From Eledone cirrhosa (Eukaryota), in contig OZ024760.1 in NCBI GenBank assembly GCA_964016885.1, positions 32,984,001 to 33,048,000 of the forward strand: 64,000 nucleotides of DNA. Direction: 5' to 3'. Below the pieces are notes generated by a model, which did not search any database, was not told the DNA's origin, and worked only from the letters and a program-made list of their open reading frames with translations. This document shows positions 52,960 to 64,000 of this stretch, in pieces; within the stretch, counting starts at the first letter, position 1; each line of letters begins with the position of its first letter. The position numbers were made by a program, and so were the translations under genes.

Positions 52960-54712
52960 CATCATCATCATCATCACCGTTTTACGTCCGTTCTTCCACG
53001 CTAGCATGGATTAGACGGGTTGTCCTGTTGTGGGCAGTGTCTGGTCGGCTGACCATGTCTTGCTCATACGGGAACTGATTCTGTCTTGATTTCTACAGCT
53101 GGATGCCCTTTCTAACACCAACCTCATTTACAGTGAGTGCTGGGTGCTTTTTTTTGCATGGCGCCTACACGTCCACTTTACAGTGTGGCCTGAGTACTTT
53201 TTTGCCGTGGCACCTCCACGACCACTTTGCAGTGGGAGGGTATGAGGGCATATTATCTATATGCTTCAGATTCGGCTTGTACCCATGGGGGTGGGGATCT
53301 TCTGTATCACTGCTTGACACCAGAGGTCACGGTCGTGTGTCATCACCTTTGAGAGGTGTAATTGGGTAAGGTCGGCTTTTATCACCTCATCCCAGGTCTT
53401 CTTTGGTCTCCCCACTCCGCGGTTTCCATCGACTTCTAGTGCTCTGTACCTTTTTATGCAGCTGTCATCCTTCATACGCATCACATGTCCATACCAACGC
53501 AACCGCCTCTCCTGCACACAACGTTTGATTCCTCTTATGCTCAGTCTCTCTCTCAATTCATTTATGCTTTGCCGTTCGCGTATATTACTATAACACATCC
53601 ATCGGAGCATGCAGGCTTCGTTTCTTTCTAATCGACGTAAGTCTTCCACAGACAGCGCCCAGGTCTCACTACCATGTAACATTGCTGTTCGTATACACGC
53701 ATCATACAGTCTGCCTTTCATTTTAAGGGAAAAGCCTTTTGCAGCTAGCAGTGGCAGTAGCTCCCTGAACTTCTTCCATCCCGTTCTTACCCTAGTTATT
53801 GTACTTTCCGAACACCCACCTCCGCTGTTAATTCGGTTACCTAGCTAGCAGAAGCTGTTTACTGTTTCTACAGAGCCCTCCCACTTGTTTCCTGTGGCTG
53901 TTTGCTGCTTGCTGTCCCAGCGCAGCTGCTACATGTGAAGCCTACATTCTTAGTTAAGCTTCCTGAGATCTCGCTACATCTCTTGTGTACCCATTGTTTG
54001 CATTTGGGGCAGAGGATGGAGTTCCTACATACTGAACAAGGCCATTTCCCTGAGGGAATCTGGGTTCTGTTTTCTCGTCTACTTACAAGAACCTTAGTCA
54101 TTGTCAGGTTGACTTTGAGACCCTTTCTTTCTAGTCCCTGCTTCTATGTTTGGAATTTCTTCTCTAGTTCCACCATGGATTCAGCTATAAGTGCGAGATC
54201 ATCTGCATACAGGAGTTCCCATGGGCATCCGGTCTTAAACTGCACCGTTGTTGCCTGCAGGACTATAATGAACAGGAGAAGGCTAAGAACAGAGCCCTGG
54301 TGGACACCGACCTGCATGCTAAATTCCTCGCTATAGTCATTGCTAATCCTAACTTTGCTGACTGCTCCTCTATACATGGCTTGTACAGCTTTCACAAGCC
54401 ATTCATATACTCCTAGTTTTCTAAGAGCCCACCAGATTATAGCACGGGGGACTCTGTCGAAGGCTTTTTCTAGATCGACGAATGCCAGGTAGAGCGGCTT
54501 ACTTTTAGCTAGGTACTTTTCCTGTAACTGTCTCACAAGGAAGAGGGCATCAGTGGTGCCTCTTCCTGGCACAAACCCAAATTGCATCTCATCTAGTTTC
54601 ACCCGGTCCCTAATCAAATGTGCTATAACTCTTTCCGTTACTTTCATGACCTGGTCCATCAGCTTTATACCTCTATAGTTTCCCCTATCTAGTGCATCAC
54701 CTTTACCTTTGT
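52960..54712 (-). mobile_element. 5'-truncated, disrupted RTE-clade LINE
   Basis: [57 protein letters not shown]-like insert (KWPCSVC...C..CKQWVHKRCS), RRLRWYGHV, GRPKKTW. Contains stops and frameshifts; (ATG)n tail. Confidence 0.95.
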
Positions 54713-54839
54713 ATTTATATATATGTATATATATGTATATATATATGTATATATATATAAACGGAAAAAAATGAAACGAAATTTCATTTCTCACTCTTAT
54801 ATACATACTTATATATATATATATATATATAATATATAT

Positions 54840-54872
<33 letters not shown>

Positions 54873-54928
54873 TATATATGTATATATGTATATATATATA
54901 TACATATATATATATGTATATATATATG

Positions 54929-54960
<32 letters not shown>

Positions 54961-55040
54961 TATATATATATATATATATGTATGTATATATATATATATG
55001 TATGTATGTATATGTATATGTATGGATATATATCTTTGTG

Positions 55041-55085
<45 letters not shown>

Positions 55086-55090
<5 letters not shown>

Positions 55091-55303
55091 GGCGTGTGGC
55101 GGAGTGGTTAGACAATTGGATTCGCAATCGTAAGGTTGTGAGTTCGATTCCTGGACCAGGCGATGCGTTATGCCCTTGAGTAAGACACTTTATTTCACGT
55201 TGCTCCTTCTACCTGGAGTTGCGACCGATAGATAGTATTAGCAATTGGAAAGACCAACGGAAACATTGTTCCCTCGGTCCGATTTGACGAAAGTCGATCG
55301 TTC

Positions 55304-55308
<5 letters not shown>
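55086..55308 (+). mobile_element. tRNA-derived SINE inserted in (TA)n
   Basis: A-box TGGCGGAGTGG, B-box GTTCGATTCC; same family as 45007-45225. Confidence 0.9.
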
Positions 55309-55334
<26 letters not shown>

Positions 55335-55827
55335 GAAGTATTTCTGTCGGAAAGGTACAGGAAAAAAGAGTGCTCTATGTAAGCTACGGAGCTTATTAGT
55401 TATGTAATAAACAACATAAGATAATTATTTCATTTACCAATGGTTTCTTGACGACAGATGTTGTGTCTGTCTTCAGTGGTCAGAATGAATTAAAAACATG
55501 GTGTTTTTATTAAATATGGATTTGAAAACAAAATTTAGGAAATATGAAAGTGAGGCTGAAAAAACGGGCAAAAAGGAAATAGGGGCAAAAATATATAAAT
55601 AAATATCCAGAACATAAATATTCACACAGAACATAAATATACACACACTATTATGTATAAGCGCATGGTTGAGTGTGTGTATATTTATGTTCTGGATATT
55701 TATTTATATATTTTTTCCCCTATTTCCTTTTTGCCCGTTTATTCAGCCTCACTTTCATATTTCCTAAATTTTGTTTTCAAATCCATATTTAATAAAATGA
55801 AATAATTATCTTATGTTGTTTATTACA

Positions 55828-55833
<6 letters not shown>
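55335..55833. mobile_element. Non-coding fold-back cassette with a hammerhead-like motif in the left arm only
   Basis: 55505-55650 and 55673-55797 are inverted; 55397-55434 and 55796-55833 are inverted; about 60-bp tail on the left; (TA)n flanks. Confidence 0.75.
55430..55488 (-). ncRNA. Hammerhead-like motif with a G8C core mutation
   Basis: Minus strand: TCATT CTGACCA ctgaaGACAGA..TCTGTCgtcaa GAAAC CATTG GTA AATGA. Confidence 0.72.
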
Positions 55834-55901
<68 letters not shown>

Positions 55902-55914
55902 TATATACATATAT

Positions 55915-56005
<91 letters not shown>

Positions 56006-57003
56006 GTAGGAGGTGAGTTTTATTGTAGTACAATAAAGCAATGCAGATATCGGATAAGAAGCACTCTACAGTTTGTAGGACTGGAGTATACATAATATAT
56101 AAGATCAAAAGATATAAATAGACGTACAGATTTGTTTTCTATCTGCTTGCATAAATTCCATAAGACTTTTCACAAAGTATACAGCTAATATTCAATTCTT
56201 TATCAATTTAGAATCTTTTCTCAAAGGCACATATACATACACTTCTTTTAAAATATACCCATCTTCCTACCTTACTTCAAAGGGTATTATACACTCTATA
56301 ATACTTGTTTACTCATTACCCTCACTCTATCTTCACCTTGTAAAATCCTTCGTAACATATACATTTGTTTTGACGCCAGAGTATTCATCCTTAATTTATT
56401 ATTTTTTCTCCCCATCATCTAACTCATTCTTAATACATATTAACTCTTTCTTCGCACATATTATCAATTCCTTCAATATACAAACCTTAACTTCACATTA
56501 TTTTTCTCAAATCCTTCAATACACAAACCTTAATAATTTTTTCTCTTCGTTAATTTTCAAATTTCCATAATACTTGTAAACATACACACAATTTTTTGAC
56601 GTTAGAATATTCGTCCGCAATCCATTATTCTTTTTTCTCTCTATCATCAAACTTTTTAATCTCAATATATATTAACTCCCTCTCCTTCTTCGTACATATT
56701 TTTCCCTTCGTTAATGTTCAAATTCTTTTAATTTATACATTATCTTCCAACGGTTTTCAACCTCTCTATGTAAAACAATATATCTTTTCTCAGTTATAAA
56801 AACTATCTCTTTCTCTCTATCACCCATCTCTCCCTCTCCACCTTCACTCTCATCTCCTCCCCTTTTTTTCATCCTTTCCACCCCCCTCTCGAAATAAAAT
56901 ATTTTTCCCAATATCACACATCAATCTAAAATTACTTTTCATATGTTGATTTAAAACTGCACTATCCACAAGTGTTTTTTAGCCTTCATATCATGTCCTC
57001 CTG

Positions 57004-57073
57004 TCTTATCTGATGAAAACACAAATATTATTATTGCATGATGATGTTTGTTTTTGAAATGCGCATAATAAAA
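57004..57073 (+). ncRNA. Type I minimal hammerhead in the 5' pLTR
   Basis: TCTTAT CTGATGA [long AU-rich stem II] GAAAT GCGC ATA ATAAAA; palindromic ATGCGCAT stem III. Confidence 0.88.
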
Positions 57074-57281
57074 TACATGGAACTCCTTTAACCATCTTTT
57101 GATCTTATATATTATGTATACTCCAGTCCTACAAACTGTAGAATGCTTCTTATCCGATATCTGCATTGCTTTATTGTACTACAATAAAACTCACCTCCTA
57201 CATTAACTTGCTCCTTAACGATTGAGCGCTTACTCTCATATTGGATACCTTCTGATGGTCTTTTACCTCTTCTTCTACAAC

Positions 57282-59668
57282 ATGGATTATTACAACATAA
57301 CCAATTCAACTAAAGACATTCCTATACCTGGTAAATCTGAATTCACCAAACTTCTAATTGAAAAAACTGACTCCTTCGTAAGAAGACTTAGATGGATAGC
57401 CTATTTCTATGACCAGCGCCTAAAAGGGAACTTCTATACCAAAGAACATAACTTCCTCGATCATCTATTTAATTCTAGAAGAAATCCTCCTTCCAACAAA
57501 AATCTAGTGCAATTCGAGGAAGAGTTAACTAAAATAATAAAAAATCTTAAATTCAAGAGATACCCTTACAAAGGACAAGAGCACCTTGTAAATCTCAAGA
57601 ACACAATTTCTAACCTAAATTCCTCAAAAAATGTTTTAGTCCACTCTGACAAAACCAATAACTTATATGGTATTTCCAAGGATAATTATAACAACCTTAT
57701 TCTAAAGGAACTTAGGAAAAAGTATCGTAAAACCAACCATGAAAATTTAGAATACATAAACCTTGAAGCCTCTGAGATTATGTCAAAACTTGGCATTGAA
57801 AAAAAGACCGAACCATTCCTCCCAAGAACTCCGAGGATAAATCTCAAGGATCACAAAAACAATTTTCGCACTGAACTACCTGTTAGATTAATCGCCCCCT
57901 CTAAATCTGATCTGGGGGTTGTTAGTAAAGCCATCTTGGATAGAATTATCCCACAGGTTAGTTCTAATTGCTCTTCTTTGAACCTAAATTTATGGTTTGG
58001 TACTTCTGAAGTGATTGGCTGGTTCAACAAATATAAAAACAATAATAAAAACAAACTAAAATTTATTCAATTTGATATTGCCAGCTACTATTCCTCCATT
58101 TCGCCTTCACTTCTCAATAATGCTCTATCTTTCGCACTTAAATATTCTGACATCACCACAGATGAACTTCACATCACCCTCACCGCACGTAAAACCATCC
58201 TAGAGTTCAACAACGAATATTGGACCAGAGCCGATACCTCTAACAACTTCGACATCACAATGGGAGCATTCGATTCATCCCAATTGACTGATTTAATTGG
58301 TATCTTTATTTTGAACTCTTTGAGTCGGAAAATTCCTCAACTTCGCGGTGGAATTTATCGTGACGATGGACTCTTTACTATCTTAAATTGCAATATAGTT
58401 AACCTTAATATTATTAAGAACAATATACGTAATTTCTTTAACCAACATAAGCTAAAAATTGAATTTGATAACAGTATCAAACTAGCTAATTTCTTGGATG
58501 TATCTCTTAATCTTGACACTGGCCTATATTACCCTTACCATAAAAACAATGAGAACCCAAATTATGTTAACTTTAAATCTAACCATCCTACCAATATCAA
58601 GAATGCTATAGTTAGTAATATTGGAAAAAGAATATCTAACATATCTTCTAATAAAAACATCTTTGATGCTAACGCCAATAATAACGCACTTTCTAAAGCC
58701 GGCTATCCTGATAAAATCAAATATAGTAAAGAAACAAATTCTAGAAAAACTTACAGTAGAATAATTAATCATGATCATTCCAATAACTTTAATAAAAGAT
58801 CTAGATACAAAAACATAATCTGGTATAATGCTCCTTTCTCCATCTCTATTAATAACAATATTCCTAAATTATTCTTTAGTGCCTTAAATAAATGCTTCCC
58901 TCCCTCACATATCTATAGTAAAATATTTAACAAACACACCATAAAATTTTCTTATTCTACATCCTCCAATATTTCCAACATTATCTCTAAACACAACAAT
59001 AAAATACTAAATACTAAATCTCTTCCTTCCAACACTGAATTTCATAATAACAGTAATAGTACTCCCGACGTCATTGTAAACCCTAGGCTAATTTCTGTAA
59101 ACCCAAATACAACGTCAAACACAACTTCGTTAAATGTTCATAATCCAACTCTAAATCAAGAAACTATTATTCCTATCGCAAACAACTTCTCCAATCCAAT
59201 TCCTTCTATAGATAACACTAGGTCACTCATTAATAATCTCTCTAATTGCAACTGCCCTATTAAAAATAAATGTCCTCTCAACAAACATTGTCTTGATAAA
59301 AACTTAATTTATGAATGTAAAGTTATAACTAGCACCGATTCCTTCACCTATTTTGGCTCCACTTCCACCTCTTTTAAAGCTCGTCTCTATAATCATCATT
59401 CATCTTTTAAATACAAACTTAAAAGAACCAACACGGCTCTCTCAGAACTCATATGGTCCTTGAAAGACAAAAACATTAAATATACCATCTTTTGGAAGAA
59501 GGTTTCTTCTGCTACTTGAACAGCTCTCTATCTAAAATCTGTAATCTCTGCCTAAATGAAAAATTTACCATTATCTCTAATCTAGATTCTATAATAAATA
59601 GACGTACAGATTTGTTTTCTATCTGCTTGCATAAATTCCATAAGACTTTTCACAAAGTATACAGCTAA
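57282..59668 (+). CDS. Penelope-like RT plus GIY-YIG endonuclease protein (possibly Naiad-type), with one frameshift near 59517
   Basis: ATG at 57282 (MDYYNITNSTKDIPIP). RT motifs QFDIASYYSSI, ITMG and IYRDDGL; CNC..CPL..CL; LIY...YFGST. The C-terminus [23 protein letters not shown] continues in a shifted frame to TAA at 59668. Confidence 0.9.
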
Positions 59669-60484
59669 TATTCAATTCTTTATCAATTTAGAATCTTTTC
59701 TCAAAGGCACATATACATACACTTCTTTTAAAATATACCCATCTTCCTACCTTACTTCAAAGGGTATTATACACTCTATAATACTTGTTTACTCATTACC
59801 CTCACTCTATCTTCACCTTGTAAAATCCTTCGTAACATATACATTTGTTTTGACGCCAGAGTATTCATCCTTAATTTATTATTTTTTCTCCCCATCATCT
59901 AACTCATTCTTAATACATATTAACTCTTTCTTCGCACATATTATCAATTCCTTCAATATACAAACCTTAACTTCACATTATTTTTCTCAAATTCTTCAAT
60001 ACACAAACCTTAATAATTTTTTCTCTTCGTTAATTTTCAAATTTCCATAATACTTGTAAACATACACACACTTTTTTGACGTTAGAATATTCGTCCGCAA
60101 TCCATTATTCTTTTTTCTCTCTATCATCAAACTTTTTAATCTCAATACATATTAACTCCCTCTCCTTCTTCGTACATATTTTTCCCTTCGTTAATTTTCA
60201 AATTCTTTTAATTTATACATTATCTTCCAACGGTTTTCTACCTCTCTATGTAAAACAATATATCTTTTCTCAGTTATAAAAACTATCTCTTTCTCTCTAT
60301 CACCCATCTCTCCCTCTCCACCTTCACTCTCATCTCCTCCCCTTTTTTCATCCTTTCCACCCCCCCCTCTCTAAATAAAATATTTTTCCCAATATCACAC
60401 ATCAATCTAAAATTACTTTTCATATGTTGATTTAAAACTGCACTATCCACAAGTGTTTTTTAGCCTTCATATCATGTCCTCCTG

Positions 60485-60552
60485 TTTTATCTGATGAAAA
60501 CAAATATTATTATTGCATGATGATGTTTGTTTTTGAAATGTGCATAATAAAA
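60485..60552 (+). ncRNA. Type I minimal hammerhead in the 3' pLTR
   Basis: TTTTAT CTGATGA ... GAAAT GTGC ATA ATAAAA. Confidence 0.85.
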
Positions 60553-60584
60553 TACATGGAACTCCTTTAACCATCTTTTGATCT

Positions 60585-60623
<39 letters not shown>

Positions 60624-61122
60624 TGTAATAAACAACATAAGATAATTATTTCATTATATATATATATATAGACTGGTTATCTACGCACGTGGTTGACACA
60701 TTTCAGCTCGCTACTATATTGTTATATAATGGATGATCGCATTTAAAGTCCGTTAAAGGTTCTTGGCACTACCATTGTTACCATCGCTTTCCTCTAGCCA
60801 TGGGGCTTGGAGACATGAACCGAATGCTACCATTCTATTTTATATCAATGTAAACTGTTATTTCTAATAGCCATCTTTTCACCCCTTGATAATTTGTGTG
60901 TGAGACACGTTGGCTGAGTGCTTCTGACAGGAACTAAAAGATTGATACTGTTTAGCTGCCCGTCCCCACGTAAAATTTGTAAATCAGTGGCTAGTTGAGA
61001 GATAGAGTTCGATCGGTTGCCAGTTGCTAATCGCTTTACCGTGTCGGTTGTCACAAACAGTCATGACCGGCATGGGCCGGTGTTTGGATTCTGTCGATCG
61101 ATTGGTTATTGATTAGGCGATA

Positions 61123-61232
61123 CCCGCTGATGAAGCCGCATAAGCCGATTGTGCATTGTTGCATAATATATGCAGACAGATGGTGCAGTGCACCTTACTG
61201 CTGCATTAGTGCGGCAGAAACTCGAGTCCGGG
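61123..61232 (+). ncRNA. Type I hammerhead with a branched, about 83-nt stem II, in a non-coding cassette (about 60670-61380) between (TA)n tracts
   Basis: CCCG CTGATGA aGCCGCA...TGCGGCa GAAAC TCGA GTC CGGG. Confidence 0.92.
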
Positions 61233-61499
61233 AACCTTATAGGCACCTGTTTAACGTGTGTTGTGTTGAGGCAAATAACTATGTGTATACTCTGGTAATG
61301 TATCTTACATTGCCCATTGAGTGCGCTGAGATACAACCGGTACTGGCATTGATAAATATGCTGGGTCCGTCAACCCTTATTATATATATATTTCTTTAGA
61401 ACTGCTGGACTAACAACCTAGCAGCTCCATCAAGCACTGATGGTGATTATCGCTAAATATTGATATTGATTTGGTTATCAATATTAATATTATTGGGCA

Positions 61500-61622
61500 C
61501 CCACTGAAGAATTATAAGTGCCCACTTGAATAAGTATCTGTTGATCTTATACAAGCTTCTACATAAATTGGTATAATTTCATCCAACTTGTAGAAATCTT
61601 ATAGTGAAACGAGTCGTCTGGG
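61500..61622 (+). ncRNA. Type I hammerhead with about 95-nt stem II (copy 1)
   Basis: CCCA CTGAAGA ATTATAAG...CTTATAGT GAAAC GAGTC GTC TGGG. Confidence 0.9.
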
Positions 61623-62194
61623 AAGAGATATATTTGATATATCTCATATGAAATGATACAGCCAATTTTCCACAAAATACAATTAGTTAGCACCCCGAAC
61701 GTTTAATTAGGAATATACTCAGGTATTTCCTAATGTTTGTTGAGTGAGTTAGAATTTGGCCGGAGTATCGCTATTAGCTTTCTCCGATTATGTATTTATA
61801 TATTTACTCTTAGAACAACAGATATGAATTTTCCCGATATAAGGTATGACTCTCTTTGTTTATTTTTTATATGAATACTGATTGTTTGTTCTTGTATCTC
61901 ATTCTGTTATTTTGCCCGAGAAAATATCTATGTATGTCATCAAGCGATGCGCACATATGGTTTTCTTTTCATATCCAATTGAGGTCTAGCACGTGGCTTG
62001 AATTCTTTTCAGAATTCATTGACCTGCGCATGTATTGTTTTTTGGCGGTAGTCTCCTTTCTCCTATTTTCGAGACAGTGTGAGATTTTCTTTAGAACTGC
62101 TGGACTAACAACCTAGCATCTCCCTCAAGCACTGATGGTGATTATCGCTAAATATTGATGTTGATTTGGTTATCAATATTAATATTATTGGGCA

Positions 62195-62317
62195 CCCACT
62201 GAAGAATTATAAGAGCCCACTTGAATAAGTATCTGTTGATCTTATACAAGCTTCTACATAAATTGGTATAATTTCACCCAACTTGTAGAAATCTTATAAT
62301 GAAACGAGTCGTCTGGG
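62195..62317 (+). ncRNA. Type I hammerhead with about 95-nt stem II (copy 2)
   Basis: CCCA CTGAAGA ATTATAAG...CTTATAAT GAAAC GAGTC GTC TGGG. Confidence 0.9.
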
Positions 62318-62509
62318 AAGAGATATATTTGATATATCTCATATGAAATGATACAGCCAATTTTCCACACAATACAATTAGTTAGCACCCCGAACGTTTA
62401 ATTAGGAATATACTCAGGTATTTCCTAATGTTTGTTGAGTGAGTTGGAATTTGGCTGGAGTATCGCTATTAGCTTTCTCCGATTATGTATTTATATATAT
62501 ATATATTCA

Positions 62510-62565
<56 letters not shown>

Positions 62566-63007
62566 GATATATAGTTGATATAGTTGTTATATAGTAAGGT
62601 GCATTATTGGTTGTGTAAATTCGTCCAATAACTTTATGTTAGCAATATTAAGTTCTCCACGCTTTTGTATATCTCCAATTCCATTCAAGGGAACAGCTAG
62701 ATGATGTAAAACGGAGTATAGTATCAAAATATGTATATACTTTTCTTTGACCTCGAGCCGGTGTATGTCGGTGTGGAATGTGTGTGTACCCACTCACATT
62801 AACTGTGACTGACTGTATCCCTACAGATTTGATTGATGTCCAGCGTCTTTTGCAGCGATAGAAATCTGAAAACTTTTATGACTTCAACTGAAGTTAATAG
62901 CAGTCGCCGTGTCTCTGACTGGTGTGTCTCCATATGAGGGAATGAATTCTGTGAGAGAACATCGTTATTTTTCTCCCTCATATCAAGAATTTGAAGACAA
63001 TTCATTT

Positions 63008-63081
63008 TCACCTGCTGAGATCAGTGATAATCGATCATGGCTTCACAATCGATCTATCTCTTATTGAAAAATGTGTCGTGA
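63008..63081 (+). ncRNA. Degenerate hammerhead-like motif
   Basis: TCAC CTGCTGA [imperfect long stem] GAAAA ATGT GTC GTGA, followed by ATTAAA; two changes from the consensus (core A6C and loss of a stem III pair). Confidence 0.5.
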
Positions 63082-63122
63082 TTAAATGATTGGAATTTTA
63101 CCTTGTCTTCGGATTTTCATTT

Positions 63123-63269
<147 letters not shown>

Positions 63270-63294
63270 ATACATGTATGTACATATATGCATA

Positions 63295-63333
<39 letters not shown>

Positions 63334-63455
63334 CTGCCCTCCTTGTCTCCCCCATTCACCATATTATATATATTCTAATATAACTTACCGACATGTCGCT
63401 TGAGGTTCCACTTGTAACAGTTTTGTTTATTACGTCTCTAAATAGTAAATATATG

Positions 63456-63646
<191 letters not shown>

Positions 63647-63769
63647 GTATGTATATGCATATATATGTGTATATATATATATATATTATATATATATGTG
63701 TGTGTGTGTGTGTATGTGTGTGTATATATATTTATGTATATATATATGTGTGTGAGTGTGTGTGTGAGT

Positions 63770-63824
<55 letters not shown>

Positions 63825-63949
63825 TAATAATAAATTTCAAGACTAAAATCCAAAGAGGGCTCGATAAGGATAAATATATATCAAATATATAAGAACCGTA
63901 GAGCAAATATTTATTAAAATAACAGATTAAAGTTTAAGCAAAGAATCGC

Positions 63950-64000
63950 TGCTTTCACCCTTAACGGGATCTTCTGAAGATCCCGTTAAGGGTGAAAGCA
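63950..64000 (+). repeat. Perfect palindrome centred inside a hammerhead-like core, cut off by the window edge
   Basis: TGCTTTCACCCTTAACGGGATCTTC T GAAGATCCCGTTAAGGGTGAAAGCA; the + strand reads CTGAAGA tCCCgttaaGGGt GAAA. Confidence 0.8.

Larger units (their letters stand above)
56003..60594 (+). mobile_element. Penelope-like element 2, near full length: short inverted segment, 1-kb 5' pLTR, ORF, 3' pLTR
   Basis: 56114-57114 is nearly identical to 59594-60594 (offset about 3480). 56003-56113 is the reverse complement of 57094-57204. Flanked by (TA)n. Confidence 0.95.
61391..62498 (+). mobile_element. Retrozyme-like non-coding element: two 413-bp HHR-bearing direct repeats, period 695 bp
   Basis: 61391-61803 versus 62086-62498 (9 mismatches counted); 282-bp unique spacer; TA tracts at both ends. 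Confidence 0.75.

Noticed and set aside
55086-55160. Functional tRNA gene
   Set aside because: The A/B boxes continue into a SINE body repeated elsewhere in the window; no complete cloverleaf.
59517-59519. TGA as a selenocysteine codon (reported for some Naiad PLEs)
   Set aside because: In-frame read-through gives TALYLKSVISA then a stop. The conserved CNLCLNEK motif is in another frame, so this is a frameshift.
62587-63011. Upstream exons of the minus-strand gene
   Set aside because: Short ORFs with no recognisable homology or clear splice pair; the segment lies in a TA-bounded cassette ending in a degenerate HHR.

Overview
AT-rich eukaryotic genomic DNA, probably a cephalopod such as Octopus (inferred from the SINE, RTE and (TA)n content; not verified). 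Bases 1-38999 are one tandem satellite with a 20-bp unit (CTGGTCATCTGACCAACAGA) that contains an internal palindrome and is organised in layered higher-order repeats (periods 5427, 3388, 1890 and about 1530 bp). The other 25 kb holds: (i) the 2.85-kb terminal coding exon of a minus-strand gene with about 45 octapeptide WYDxEKGR repeats; (ii) two Penelope-like retroelements (RT plus GIY-YIG), one nearly full length; (iii) RTE and CR1-like LINE fragments, tRNA-derived SINEs and a MITE-like repeat; (iv) about a dozen type-I hammerhead ribozyme (HHR) motifs in unrelated sequence contexts. Many HHRs sit in short non-coding, inverted or tandem cassettes inserted into (TA)n tracts, and several have unusually long stem II insertions. 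The most notable signals are a non-coding 695-nt retrozyme-like unit with two intact HHRs, and a 38-bp fragment whose extra copies begin at a predicted HHR cleavage site. All alignments and folds were done by eye, so boundaries may be off by a few bases.
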